DNA of 64,000 nt from an uncultured Nitrososphaerota archaeon (GCA_964616835.1 CAZTSG010000002.1:1900-65899); one strand, 5' to 3'. Shown: positions 28,032 to 37,196, counted from the first letter of the stretch. Notes: generated from the sequence alone by a model not told the origin. Numbers and translations: made by a program.

Positions 28032-28369
28032 GACGCAAAGGTTAGAAGAGAAGGTTCTCCCTTGCAGTCAACCTGAAGAATACGGATCTCTCACTATCCT
28101 GACCAGCGTAACCAACTATTCTTCTAACCTTATCAGTCTGAGAAACTACATCGTAACCCATAACTCTTGCCTGACCATCATCAGGAAACAGAAGAGTGCT
28201 TAATATCTTGACTAGCGTAGTCTTACCTGCTCCATTCGACCCAAGAAGACAGACTATTTCGCCCTCTCCAACGTTAAAGCTAACACTTTGAAGCGCAACG
28301 GTTTGTTTACCTCCAGACTTGTAGGTCTTCCTGAGACCAACTGCCTTAACTAAAGTTTTTTTCGAACAT
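28032..28369 (-). pseudogene. ABC ATP-binding protein, N-terminal 105 aa remnant with frameshift after codon 7 and premature stop; paralog of 32535-33551
   Basis: Own translation: MFEKNFS* then in -1 frame LVKAVGLRKTYKSGGKQTVALQSVSFNVGEGEIVCLLGSNGAGKTTLVKILSTLLFPDDGQARVMGYDVVSQTDKVRRIVGYAGQDSERSVFFRLTARENLLF* (Walker A present; Q-loop onward missing). Confidence 0.6.
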
Positions 28370-28448
28370 ATGTTCTAGAGCACCTATTTCTGTCACAGCC
28401 TCAACTCTAGTTTTCATGCTTTCATCACCACATTGAAGAACATATTTA

Positions 28449-28490
28449 AAAACAGTTTGCGAATCGTGATTTAAAAAAGCAAACTGTTTT
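28449..28490. repeat. Perfect 12-bp inverted repeat AAAACAGTTTGC / GCAAACTGTTTT with 18-nt spacer
   Basis: Read directly at 28449-28460 and 28479-28490; lies in a noncoding region inside the pseudogene cluster. Confidence 0.6.
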
Positions 28491-28513
28491 GTCTTGTCTC
28501 AAGAGGTCTCTCT

Positions 28514-28523
28514 AGCGCGCGCT
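28514..28523. repeat. 10-bp GC palindrome AGCGCGCGCT (copy 1 of 2 in the window; copy 2 at 58542-58551)
   Basis: Exact 10-mer occurs twice in 64 kb of about 45% GC DNA (expected about 0.1 by chance); both copies sit just upstream of decayed minus-strand genes. Confidence 0.5.
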
Positions 28524-28654
28524 TTTAAGGATTATGCTACTTTTTAATCAATTTTTTAGCCATCTCTAAGCGCTCTTAATCCTTTACATGATGACCGTCT
28601 GTTATTCAAGTGAATTTTCCAATATTTTCAACTAGCTCTCTTCTTAGCGGTTTC

Positions 28655-28790
28655 TATGATTACATTCTCGTAACCGGTTAATTCCTCGTCTACAGTGTAT
28701 TCTTATGGCACAACACCGACGACTTCTCTAACCTCATTGGTCTGCTTCACTACATTTATCCTAAGACGGATTCTGTACCCTCTGCTGATT
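28655..28790 (-). pseudogene. Second short remnant of the ABC ATP-binding gene (Q-loop region) with in-frame stop
   Basis: Nucleotide-level similarity of 28651-28760 to 33244-33345. Translation ...KQTNEVREVVGVVP*EYTVDEELTGYENVII vs intact KQANEVRKLIGVVPQEYTADEDLTGYENIM. Confidence 0.5.
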
Positions 28791-28874
28791 CTAAACATTT
28801 TTCAATACGTTTATCTTGAAGCCAGACATGTGTTTCTTGATTACGATATTTTTTCCTTTGCAAACAGAAATGCA

Positions 28875-28991
28875 ATTGTGTTCAACAAGAAATCAACAGA
28901 ACAAGCAAACCAAGCCATAGATGCTCTTCTATCCATGCTGGAGAAATTGGAAACGAAGAAACATTTCAGATATTTCAAACAAACATTTTAA
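28875..28991 (+). pseudogene. C-terminal remnant of a GH4 gene paralogous to 26153-27517
   Basis: ...KKSTEQANQAIDALLSMLEKLETKKHF vs intact ...TNSTEQVNQVIDDLLLMPENLEMAKHFK*; no upstream GH4 sequence precedes it. Confidence 0.5.
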
Positions 28992-29060
28992 GTTTCTGAT
29001 GATTTACCAAAGCCTTCATTTGTCTCTTGTCTTAGCAACAAGACATGCAGTTATGAAAGT

Positions 29061-29796
29061 CTAGTTTCTCATACACACTCGCTTTTTACGTATTGCGAGA
29101 AAAAGCTGACTTATAAGACCTATTAAGAGAATAGGCAAGACAAAGAAGTGTAATACTATTCCTAAGAATATCGGTATGCTCAACACCCAGTAAAATAGAA
29201 AGGAATTGGAGCCAATTATTAACCTTATCATTAAAAAAACGATAATTGAGAATATTATGCTTAGAAACTGGGCCTTAGCGTTAAACCAAGAATCCTTATC
29301 GTCTAAAACAGCGCATTCTGGCTGTATTCTTTTCAACACTGGGATCCTACTTTTAAAAGGAGGCATGGAAAGCACGTACACGAGAAGCGGAGCTAAGGCG
29401 ATGCCGAAGAACAGCCCAGTAATTAATCGAGCATCATTTGTACTGCTCCAAAACCCAAATGCCTGCCCAATCAAGTCAACCCAAAGGGGCAAGGTAAGAA
29501 TTAACGATATGAAAAGGAGGGCCCCTTGCATTCTTCCTGCTTAAAAAAGGTAGTAAAGCATAGCCCAAGATAAGCCCCAAGTAGGCTCCAGTACATCTCG
29601 CGCAAACCGGCAAGTAGTGGCCTCCGACCCATAATGTCCTGTCAGGCTGCTGGTGGCAGACAAGGCTTCCAATAAAGTTAAAAAGCCAGATTACCTCCTC
29701 ACATATCGACATCTGTATAAAATTATGATAAAAAAGACTTTTAAAATTGTTTCTAAGCAGGTGGTGGGGGAGTGGGTGGCTTTTCTTTCCGCACAA
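29061..29796 (-). pseudogene. DUF2085-family membrane protein split by a frameshift into two overlapping ORFs (29476-29796 N-part, 29061-29531 C-part); could instead be a sequencing error
   Basis: N-part has CHQQPDRT...LPVCARCTGAYLGLILG (DUF2085 signature). C-part has ...FWSSTNDARLITGLFFG (the conserved S-T-N-x-x-R-x-I-T-G motif of the same family) in the +1 frame. Shift lies within about 29500-29530. Confidence 0.5.
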
Positions 29797-30091
29797 CCAA
29801 GTAGATTATTAGTCCGATGATTCCTGCAATGAGTACAACAATGAGCCACATAACTCCGTTCATGCCCCGTGATTCAGCATCCCTATAGACCCAAATGCAA
29901 AGCAGTATTGCGATAACCCAATATATTATTGGGATTAGGCAGAATAAACCTACTAAGCCGCCAAGGATCCATTCTTCTTAAGCCAAGTACGTAGGAATTA
30001 TTTTTACTTCGCTTTTAGGAATATGATCAGACTTAAAGTTTTCTCCTTAACTAATTGTGTTTATTCCATTCTTTAAAATTCTAACAACTCT

Positions 30092-31474
30092 CTATGCTTC
30101 TTCTATTAGAGCCAGTTCCCTATCTTTCTTAACAACCGTGAACACAGCCCATAAAATCATCGGCAAAGATAGTATTCCCGTGTATTTTGTAAGCCTTTCT
30201 ATATTCACTGATTGTGACACTATTCTAAAACTGTAGGTTAACAGGTCTCCTTCAACAATCGAATAGCGCTGTCCGTAGAGCACGATGTTTACTGCTCTCG
30301 TCGTCAAGCCGCCTTCACCGTACGTTAAGAAGCCGTCTTCATCATAGCTGCCTCTGAAACCATATATTGTAGTTGTCACGCTAACGTAGTCGACGGTCGA
30401 CCCTATTCTTATTTTCACCGGAAGCTTAGAGCTCCAGTTTTCTAGAAATATTTCTCTGTTAGAGTTATTCGTGTCGTAAAGCAATTTGGCTGCGTTCAAC
30501 CTGTTCAGTAATATTCTTGTAGTATCGAGAGAAATAAGGGAAATTTGAGTTTCCAAATCAGGCAGTTGGAAACCAGCGTAACCCATATAGGAAATCCCTC
30601 CGCAATCGTATTGGATAATCGTCGACTTAATGCCTTTGTAGGAAAGCGATTCTAGCAGAGCATAAGTAACACCGCCCGCTAGTGAAGCAAAGAGAATGGT
30701 CAAAACTATTTTAGAGAAAAAACCTAGACCCATAGTCTTTAAATGCGCAGGTGTTAAATAGGGAAGGATGTTGAAAAGCCTTAGAATCCTGAACTGAATA
30801 ACCCTCTCCCTATCAACCACTATGGGGAGAAACGCGATTCCAGCTACAAACCCTCCTGCGTGAGCAAACACCGCAGTGCTTCCTGCAGCCCTAGTGAAGC
30901 CGTAAAACACTTGAGTCGCAAACCAGAATATAAGATAGTAAGAAGCTTTTACTCGAAAGAATATGGGGAATGGAAAGCCGAATCCAGCTAAGAGATACGT
31001 GCCAGGGTAAAGTATTAGGTATGCTCCTAAAACTCCGCTAATAGCCCCGGAAGCCCCTATTGCAGGAATCACATATGCTGAAGGCCCCCCTATGAAGCTA
31101 AATGCCGTATGGAATAACGATGCCACGATGCCTGAAGCAAAGTATAGTATTAGAAACCTCGATTTGCCCAAAACGCTTTCAACAGCCCTGCCGAAAAGAT
31201 ATAGGAAGTACATGTTGAAGAATATGTGGAACAGGTCCGCGTGTAGAAACATTGATGTGAATATCCTGTACCATTGCGAAGGATTTTCAATCAGCGAAGG
31301 AACAAAACCACCTAAGCTCACCCAATAGTCGCCGATCTCGGTAAAAAGATTCTCATAAGAGGTGACAACATATGCTAAGACATTAACAATTATTATAACT
31401 AACGTAACTACAGGCTTCTTCAAAAGGCTTGGCCCACCTACAGGAATACCCAAGCTCCTCAACTCATTAACCAA
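30092..31474 (-). CDS. Rhomboid-family intramembrane serine protease with about 200-aa C-terminal extracytoplasmic domain and extra C-terminal TM helix
   Basis: FTSMFLHADLFHIFFNMYFLYLFG, catalytic GASGAISGVLGAY (GxSG) and AHAGGFVAGIAF (His) motifs; then a non-TM 200-aa region and a final hydrophobic helix LPMILWAVFTVV. Confidence 0.8.
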   Translation of the reverse strand: MVNELRSLGIPVGGPSLLKKPVVTLVIIIVNVLAYVVTSYENLFTEIGDYWVSLGGFVPSLIENPSQWYRIFTSMFLHADLFHIFFNMYFLYLFGRAVESVLGKSRFLILYFASGIVASLFHTAFSFIGGPSAYVIPAIGASGAISGVLGAYLILYPGTYLLAGFGFPFPIFFRVKASYYLIFWFATQVFYGFTRAAGSTAVFAHAGGFVAGIAFLPIVVDRERVIQFRILRLFNILPYLTPAHLKTMGLGFFSKIVLTILFASLAGGVTYALLESLSYKGIKSTIIQYDCGGISYMGYAGFQLPDLETQISLISLDTTRILLNRLNAAKLLYDTNNSNREIFLENWSSKLPVKIRIGSTVDYVSVTTTIYGFRGSYDEDGFLTYGEGGLTTRAVNIVLYGQRYSIVEGDLLTYSFRIVSQSVNIERLTKYTGILSLPMILWAVFTVVKKDRELALIEEA

Positions 31475-31578
31475 GTTTTCTTACCTTCCACCATATTCCA
31501 ATGGGGAGTTATATGCTTTCCCCTTTCTACCCATTTTCATAAAAAGCCTGATTCTGATTAAGAGAAACTGCTGTAAAA

Positions 31579-32538
31579 TTATCTCGCTAAGTATCTCCAT
31601 GAAAGTATGATACCTATGGAGGAAAACGCTGTTGCAAAGCCGCCTAGATACAGGAAGTCTGCCACAAGCCGTGAAACATCTAGAGACAGAATTGTCAACT
31701 GTCTTAAAGCATCTGTTAAATAACTTAACGGATTTACGTAGGCAACTGACTGCAACCAGTCGGGCATTAGGGAAATGGGGAAGAAAGTATTGCTTGCAAA
31801 CATTAGCGGCATAGTGATTAAGCTTATAATCTGCATAGGTCTCTCAAGCCTAGTTGCCCTCAATGAGAATGCAATAAATATTGATGAAAGGCCAACGCTG
31901 AGCAAGAATATTGCAGTATACATTCCGAGCATGTTGATTATGCTGAAGGTTGGGCTCAATTTCAGCCCGAAAAAAATCGCTAGGAGCAGGATTATTGTTG
32001 CTTGAAGCATTGCTCTTAAAGCAGCGTTAAGAACCTTTGAAAAAATTATTGCTCCACGCGGAACTGGAGTGCTCAAGACCTTGTCTAAGAAGCCTAAGCG
32101 CCTATCCCATACTATAGACATTCCGCTGAACATTGTAGTGGTCATTACGATCATAGATATCATTCCAATAGACATGTAGCTAAAATAGTCTGAGACGCCG
32201 AAAATGTTTTTCATAACGTTTTCTCCAATACTGGAGAACATTTGTTGAAGAGACTGGGAAAGCCATGCTCCACTAATGTAAATGTATCCACTAACCTTGG
32301 GTGTCACATAGTCTCCGGATATCGGAATCCTATCCGGAATCGGTATGTTCCCTAGGTTTCCAGGCGAGAACATTGCTCCCAAGTTCATGGATTTCCCTAA
32401 AAGCCCCATCCAGATCAATGGTTGAATTACGAACATTAAGAGCATCACCGGATCGTTCAGCCATTTCTTAAGCTCTCTAACCGTCAGAGCCCATAGACCA
32501 CGTGAAATACTTGGATGGTAATCGTTAGGACTACTCAT
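31579..32538 (-). CDS. ABC-2 type transporter permease
   Basis: 6 TM helices, ABC-2 family pattern; 4-nt overlap with upstream ATPase gene. Confidence 0.8.
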   Translation of the reverse strand: MSSPNDYHPSISRGLWALTVRELKKWLNDPVMLLMFVIQPLIWMGLLGKSMNLGAMFSPGNLGNIPIPDRIPISGDYVTPKVSGYIYISGAWLSQSLQQMFSSIGENVMKNIFGVSDYFSYMSIGMISMIVMTTTMFSGMSIVWDRRLGFLDKVLSTPVPRGAIIFSKVLNAALRAMLQATIILLLAIFFGLKLSPTFSIINMLGMYTAIFLLSVGLSSIFIAFSLRATRLERPMQIISLITMPLMFASNTFFPISLMPDWLQSVAYVNPLSYLTDALRQLTILSLDVSRLVADFLYLGGFATAFSSIGIILSWRYLAR

Positions 32539-33551
32539 CTTGCTCTCGCCCTCCTTAGGGTTATCCTCTGCATCCGGAACTCCTCCTTAGACCCTTCAGT
32601 ATCACGCATGACTCTACCCGTATACTCTAGGTAAACGTCGTTTAAAGTAGGTTCAGTAAGCGAAAGCCTAGTTACAGTATAGCCCCTGCTCCTCAATGCT
32701 TCGATTATCAGAGGGGTTGTAACCTCTCCAGATTCTGCTTTAATCCTGTAGGAGCCATTCTCCATTTTAACAACATCCTTAACGTTTTCAACACTACGTA
32801 TTATTTCGCTTACATCACTGTTTTCTTTAATGCTTAAAGTTATAATATCGCCACCTAAGCTATGTTTCAATTCCTCGGGAGAGCCTGTTATCACGATCCT
32901 ACCATGGTCTATTATAGCTATACGATCGCATAATGCGTCTGCTTCCTCTAAATAGTGCGTAGTCATGAAGATAGTCATCCCATACTCTTCTTTCAAACGC
33001 CTAATATAATTCCATGTCGCAGCTCTTGTTTGAACATCTAAGCCCAGAGTCGGCTCATCCAAGAAGAGAACCCTTGGTCTATTTACTAGGCCGCATGCGA
33101 GTTCAAGCCTACGCCTCATTCCTCCAGAGTATGTTTCAACCTTCTTATCCTTGAAGTCAACGAGCTCAACAAGCTCGAGAAGCTCTAAGGCCCTTTTTCT
33201 AGCCGTTTCACGAGGTACACCGTACAAGTCTGCACATAGCATTATGTTCTCGTAACCAGTCAAATCCTCGTCCGCAGTGTATTCTTGCGGTACGACACCT
33301 ATTAGTTTCCTAACCTCATTAGCCTGCTTCACAATATCGTAGCCGAGTATTGATGCAGAGCCTTCCGTAGGCTTTAGAACTGTTATCAACATGTTTATTG
33401 TTGTTGTCTTACCTGCGCCATTAGGCCCTAGGAAACCGAATGTTTCCCCATCTTTAACACTGAAGCTAACGTGGTCGACTGCAACCAGCGTCTTGTTGAA
33501 GATTTTGGTTAAACCTTTAGTAACAATAACTTCTTCACCCATTCGAACCAC
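32535..33551 (-). CDS. ABC transporter ATP-binding protein (DrrA-like) with C-terminal accessory domain
   Basis: GPNGAGKTTT Walker A, YSGGMRRRLELA signature, LFLDEPTLGLD Walker B, H-loop TTHYLEEA. Confidence 0.9.
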   Translation of the reverse strand: MVRMGEEVIVTKGLTKIFNKTLVAVDHVSFSVKDGETFGFLGPNGAGKTTTINMLITVLKPTEGSASILGYDIVKQANEVRKLIGVVPQEYTADEDLTGYENIMLCADLYGVPRETARKRALELLELVELVDFKDKKVETYSGGMRRRLELACGLVNRPRVLFLDEPTLGLDVQTRAATWNYIRRLKEEYGMTIFMTTHYLEEADALCDRIAIIDHGRIVITGSPEELKHSLGGDIITLSIKENSDVSEIIRSVENVKDVVKMENGSYRIKAESGEVTTPLIIEALRSRGYTVTRLSLTEPTLNDVYLEYTGRVMRDTEGSKEEFRMQRITLRRARAR

Positions 33552-34152
33552 CTCTAATCCTCTTATTCACTGCCTCTATTTTGTCTGCAGCCTCTTCAAG
33601 AATCCTGCCTACTTCTTCAACGATATCTTTAGAAGGTTTTCCTTTTGAAAGAATCATGAACTCTCTAAAGGCAGAAAAGAGTTTTCGAATAGGCATATGC
33701 AATTCTTCCATTATTCCCATTGGAGGGAGGCCTTTCATAAATGGAGGACGCGGTGGATGAATCATGAGTGGGAATAAAGCAGTTTTCTCAAACAGCTTCT
33801 CTCTAATCTCTCCCCTCTCCGTGAGAAGCTTTCTACCCTCATCAGTCAACTCGTAACGCTTCACACCGCTCTCATCCTTAGGGAGAGGCTTTATGAGGCC
33901 TTTCTCCTGTAACCATGTTAACAATGGGTATATTGAGCCTGGGCTTGGTCTCCAGGCTCCCTGAGTATCTTTCTCAATCTCCTCCATCAGTTCAGAACCT
34001 GACATGGGTTTTTTGCTTAGCATTTCCAAAACCAGGTATTTTAAGAGGCCTTTTGGTGCGCATGCAATGTGTCTTATCCAATGTCTAGACATGTCAAAGG
34101 CGATATCGACGTCGATATATAACTTTTCCCCTAAGCAACACTTATATACCAT
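33535..34152 (-). CDS. PadR-family transcriptional regulator with C-terminal helical extension; probable start at internal Met (about 34089)
   Basis: LKYLVLEMLSKKPMSGSELMEEIEKDTQGAWRPSPGSIYPLLTWLQEKGLI is a textbook PadR wHTH. First gene of the PadR-ATPase-permease operon. Confidence 0.8.
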   Translation of the reverse strand: MVYKCCLGEKLYIDVDIAFDMSRHWIRHIACAPKGLLKYLVLEMLSKKPMSGSELMEEIEKDTQGAWRPSPGSIYPLLTWLQEKGLIKPLPKDESGVKRYELTDEGRKLLTERGEIREKLFEKTALFPLMIHPPRPPFMKGLPPMGIMEELHMPIRKLFSAFREFMILSKGKPSKDIVEEVGRILEEAADKIEAVNKRIRGGSNG

Positions 34153-34173
34153 ATTCCTTTAAGAATAATTCTC

Positions 34174-35403
34174 ATGAGAATAATTCCCAGAAGAATAGAA
34201 TTAGAAGCATGTGGAAAAGCAGGTCCCTGGAAAATGCTTTACGGAAGAAGAAAAACTGGGAAAACCTTTTTCGTAGAAAACTTTATGGAGTACGATAATT
34301 TCTTCTTCGTAAACAGAGACGCAACCATATTGGAGAAAAACTCTATGGAAAAATATAGTTGGCAAGAGTTTTTCAAAGTTTTTAAGGAGATTGTGGGGAA
34401 TAAGAGAATAGTCATAGACGAGTTTCATCGCCTCCCAGGCGAGTTCTTAGATTACTTGCACTCCATTGGTATTAGGGGAGAACTGATTCTCATAACTTCA
34501 ACCCTCTGGCTTGCTAAAAATATGCTAGCTAAAGGGTCTCCGCTCATAGGACTTGTTTCACCTATTAGAATCGGGTTGATCGATGAGGCGGATGTTTTGA
34601 CAAGCCTTTCTAAGGAGCTTAAGGGTAGAGAATTAATTGAAGCAAGCGTTTATTTAAGAGAACCGTCCCTAATACCTAGCTTTAAACCACCTCTAAATGA
34701 GTTTCTCACTAATTTTCTCTATCAAAATAGGTTTTTCATTAAAGGCTTAGTAGGCGAGATCTTTACAGAAGAAGAAAGGGAACTTACTAAAGTCTATGAA
34801 GGGGTTCTTAAAGCCATTGCCGATGGAAAAAGCGTGAGTACGGAAATATCGTCTCTCCTCTTCTCAAGAGGGTTATTGCTGAAGGATAATCCGGGGGTTA
34901 TGCAAAAATACTTGGACATACTTACTGAAATGGGAATAATAGAGAAGATTGAAGTTTTCGGAAGAAAAAAGTTCAAGTATTATCATGCTTCACCTGTTTT
35001 TGACCTGCATTACTACTTGGAGGAGAAATATTCGTATAGTGAAGTAGAGATATCTCCAGAATTAGTTAGAAAAGTTGTTAACGTTAAAACCCCCTTTTAT
35101 GTACAATGGTTTTTCCGAAACCTATTATCTAAAAAACTTGGGCTCGTTTCAAAGATAATAGAGGAAAAAGATTTCGAGATAGATATAGCTCTTTTCGAAT
35201 TTAAAAAATTGAAGGTAGTGGGGGAAGTTAAATGGAAAGAATTCGTTAATAGAAGTGAGATAAAGTCTGTTGAAGAGAAGCTTTCAAAATTCAGTAACGC
35301 CAGAAAAATGATAATAGTACCTGATGAAAAAGTTTTAGAGAAGGAACCGGAAAACTTAGAGCTTTATGATGCTGATGAAATATTGAAGCTTATCTCTAGT
35401 TAA
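34174..35403 (+). CDS. Archaeal-type ATPase (Arch_ATPase/DUF234 family)
   Basis: Walker A GRRKTGKT, Walker B-like RIVIDEFHRL, C-terminal DUF234-like region; 409 aa. Confidence 0.7.
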   Translation: MRIIPRRIELEACGKAGPWKMLYGRRKTGKTFFVENFMEYDNFFFVNRDATILEKNSMEKYSWQEFFKVFKEIVGNKRIVIDEFHRLPGEFLDYLHSIGIRGELILITSTLWLAKNMLAKGSPLIGLVSPIRIGLIDEADVLTSLSKELKGRELIEASVYLREPSLIPSFKPPLNEFLTNFLYQNRFFIKGLVGEIFTEEERELTKVYEGVLKAIADGKSVSTEISSLLFSRGLLLKDNPGVMQKYLDILTEMGIIEKIEVFGRKKFKYYHASPVFDLHYYLEEKYSYSEVEISPELVRKVVNVKTPFYVQWFFRNLLSKKLGLVSKIIEEKDFEIDIALFEFKKLKVVGEVKWKEFVNRSEIKSVEEKLSKFSNARKMIIVPDEKVLEKEPENLELYDADEILKLISS

Positions 35404-35606
35404 AGCATCGAATCTTTTAACAAACCTTATTGATTACTCTGTTTTGTACTATCAAACCTTTTAAATACATTGATAATACAACCTTATGCTTCGCTTATTG
35501 AAAACACCAAGTATATTCTTGTGCAGTATAAAGTAAACATTACAACCATGTTGTTAGCTTAATAGTATCGTGCTGAAAGTGTTAAATTTAATTCACTATC
35601 TTCTGT

Positions 35607-37166
35607 TCAAAAGTCTTGAAGAGCCCATGAGATCTTCCGTTGCAACGATTTTGAGTAGATTTTACCTATATCTAGCGAAGCTTTTTTACACCATTCTAAG
35701 TAGATTCTTGGGTCTATATAGCTGTTTAAACTGGTGTTAAGATTATAGTCTCTTGTTCTCCTCATCAACTCAAGCTTTATTCTCTCTTTCTGAAGCTTTT
35801 CTCTTAGTTTCTTTAACCTTCTCTTCCTAGCTTTAGTAGGCTTCATCTTAAGCATCTCTTTAACCTTCTCTATATCCTGCTTAACCTTCTCTACTCTCTG
35901 AACCTGTTTTTCAACACGCTCCCTCCAGTTCTTAGGAAGCTTTTTCTTATGGTTCAGCGTCTTAGCTGCCTCTAGGTTGGCAAGCTTTGCTACAAAAACC
36001 TTGTAAAAATCAGGATCCTCAGGATGTACTTTCTCATTATAGAGTTTTTCTAAGACCGCTTTAGACGCGTAGTAGGTTCTGAATATTTTAGATGTTAATC
36101 CGGACATTACTTTCGATAAGAAGGCGTTAACATGCTCCGACCTCAATTTCGGAAATATTCTCTTACCCGGGGTTTTATCCATCAATTCTTTAAGGTTTCT
36201 AACCACGATCGGGGGAAGCTTTACTTTACGATGGAATCTGACAGCAGCCTTCCCCAAGAAGTCGAATTCAACAGTGTCTTCGCTTAATATCTTAACGTTG
36301 CTCTTAGTCAGCGTCGTCACTCCTTTAGTATCTAGTTCATCTTTATCCTTCTCGTCTCCGACCCTTAGCTTGAGGAGATCTATTAGAAAGATTGCTGTAG
36401 CAACTTGTCTTTCAAACTCATCACTAGACTCTAACCCCTCTCTTACAAGCTGCTTTATCTCGCCTAGGTTTTCTTCAAGCTTCATCGCCATGTCGAACTT
36501 GCTTCTCTCCCTATCCTGTTTAACTGGCGCGGTCTCCCCAACCCATATGTACTTCATCTTCCGAGTAAGCTTATCTCTCCAGCGGGCTATCCAGAGAGCA
36601 TCAGGATCCCATACTCTTCCACCCCATTCTCCGCCATCTGGAACAGGCGGCGTGGGTGCATCGGGAGAGAGATTAAGAGTTATATCACTGTAGCTTACTC
36701 TCGGCTTCCATCTTCCTCTTAAAGGATGCTTGCCCTTCCCAACGTAAATGCACGGAGGCTCGACAGCATACTTTATCTCTACTTTAACCCCGTCTATTAT
36801 AGCGTAGCCGTATTTCTGCTTAAGCTCTTCTCGAACGCGTTTTCTCTCTTCGCTTAAAGCCTTCTTCTCCTCTTTTGTAAGATTCTCCTTTCTCCTCTTC
36901 TCTTCTTCAACCCATTGCTTTACCTCTGAAAAATCTATAGAATTATTTTGAGGACTACCATTTATGCCTAAAGCAGCATAGAAATCCTTGAGAAAATTCT
37001 TAACGAAAACGCTATCCTCCAGTCTCTCCTGAGGCTGTTTCATGAATGCTATAGCCATTTCCTCCTGCTCAGGCGTCAGCTTAATCCTCTTACCGTTGAG
37101 GATTATCGAAAGACCCTTATACTCGTATGGAGGAATATAGACGCCGTTATGAATCAATTGTTTCAT
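35607..37166 (-). CDS. DNA topoisomerase IB, eukaryotic/poxvirus type
   Basis: Aligns by eye along its length to human TOP1 core and C-terminal domains: HPLRGRWKPRV..PDAPTPP.., FDFLGKAAVRF (FDFLGKD in human), KIFRTYYASKAV (KVFRTYNAS), and the active-site Tyr region NLNTSLNSYIDPRIYLEWCKKA ([21 protein letters not shown]). Confidence 0.85.
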   Translation of the reverse strand: MKQLIHNGVYIPPYEYKGLSIILNGKRIKLTPEQEEMAIAFMKQPQERLEDSVFVKNFLKDFYAALGINGSPQNNSIDFSEVKQWVEEEKRRKENLTKEEKKALSEERKRVREELKQKYGYAIIDGVKVEIKYAVEPPCIYVGKGKHPLRGRWKPRVSYSDITLNLSPDAPTPPVPDGGEWGGRVWDPDALWIARWRDKLTRKMKYIWVGETAPVKQDRERSKFDMAMKLEENLGEIKQLVREGLESSDEFERQVATAIFLIDLLKLRVGDEKDKDELDTKGVTTLTKSNVKILSEDTVEFDFLGKAAVRFHRKVKLPPIVVRNLKELMDKTPGKRIFPKLRSEHVNAFLSKVMSGLTSKIFRTYYASKAVLEKLYNEKVHPEDPDFYKVFVAKLANLEAAKTLNHKKKLPKNWRERVEKQVQRVEKVKQDIEKVKEMLKMKPTKARKRRLKKLREKLQKERIKLELMRRTRDYNLNTSLNSYIDPRIYLEWCKKASLDIGKIYSKSLQRKISWALQDF

Positions 37167-37179
37167 GCAGTTTATTCCG

Positions 37180-37196
37180 CCCCTTTGCTCAAGGGG
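37180..37196 (-). terminator. GC-rich hairpin (CCCCTT-tgctc-AAGGGG) preceded on the minus strand by a T6 run, between UDG stop and TopIB start; candidate terminator/attenuator
   Basis: Read directly; archaeal termination mostly uses T-tracts, so the hairpin's role is speculative. Confidence 0.25.

Noticed and set aside
34174-37166. DUF234 ATPase + TopIB as a candidate two-gene defence or DNA-processing system
   Set aside because: Genes are convergent with a 200-bp gap and no sign of operonic linkage; association is probably coincidental, so each is reported on its own.
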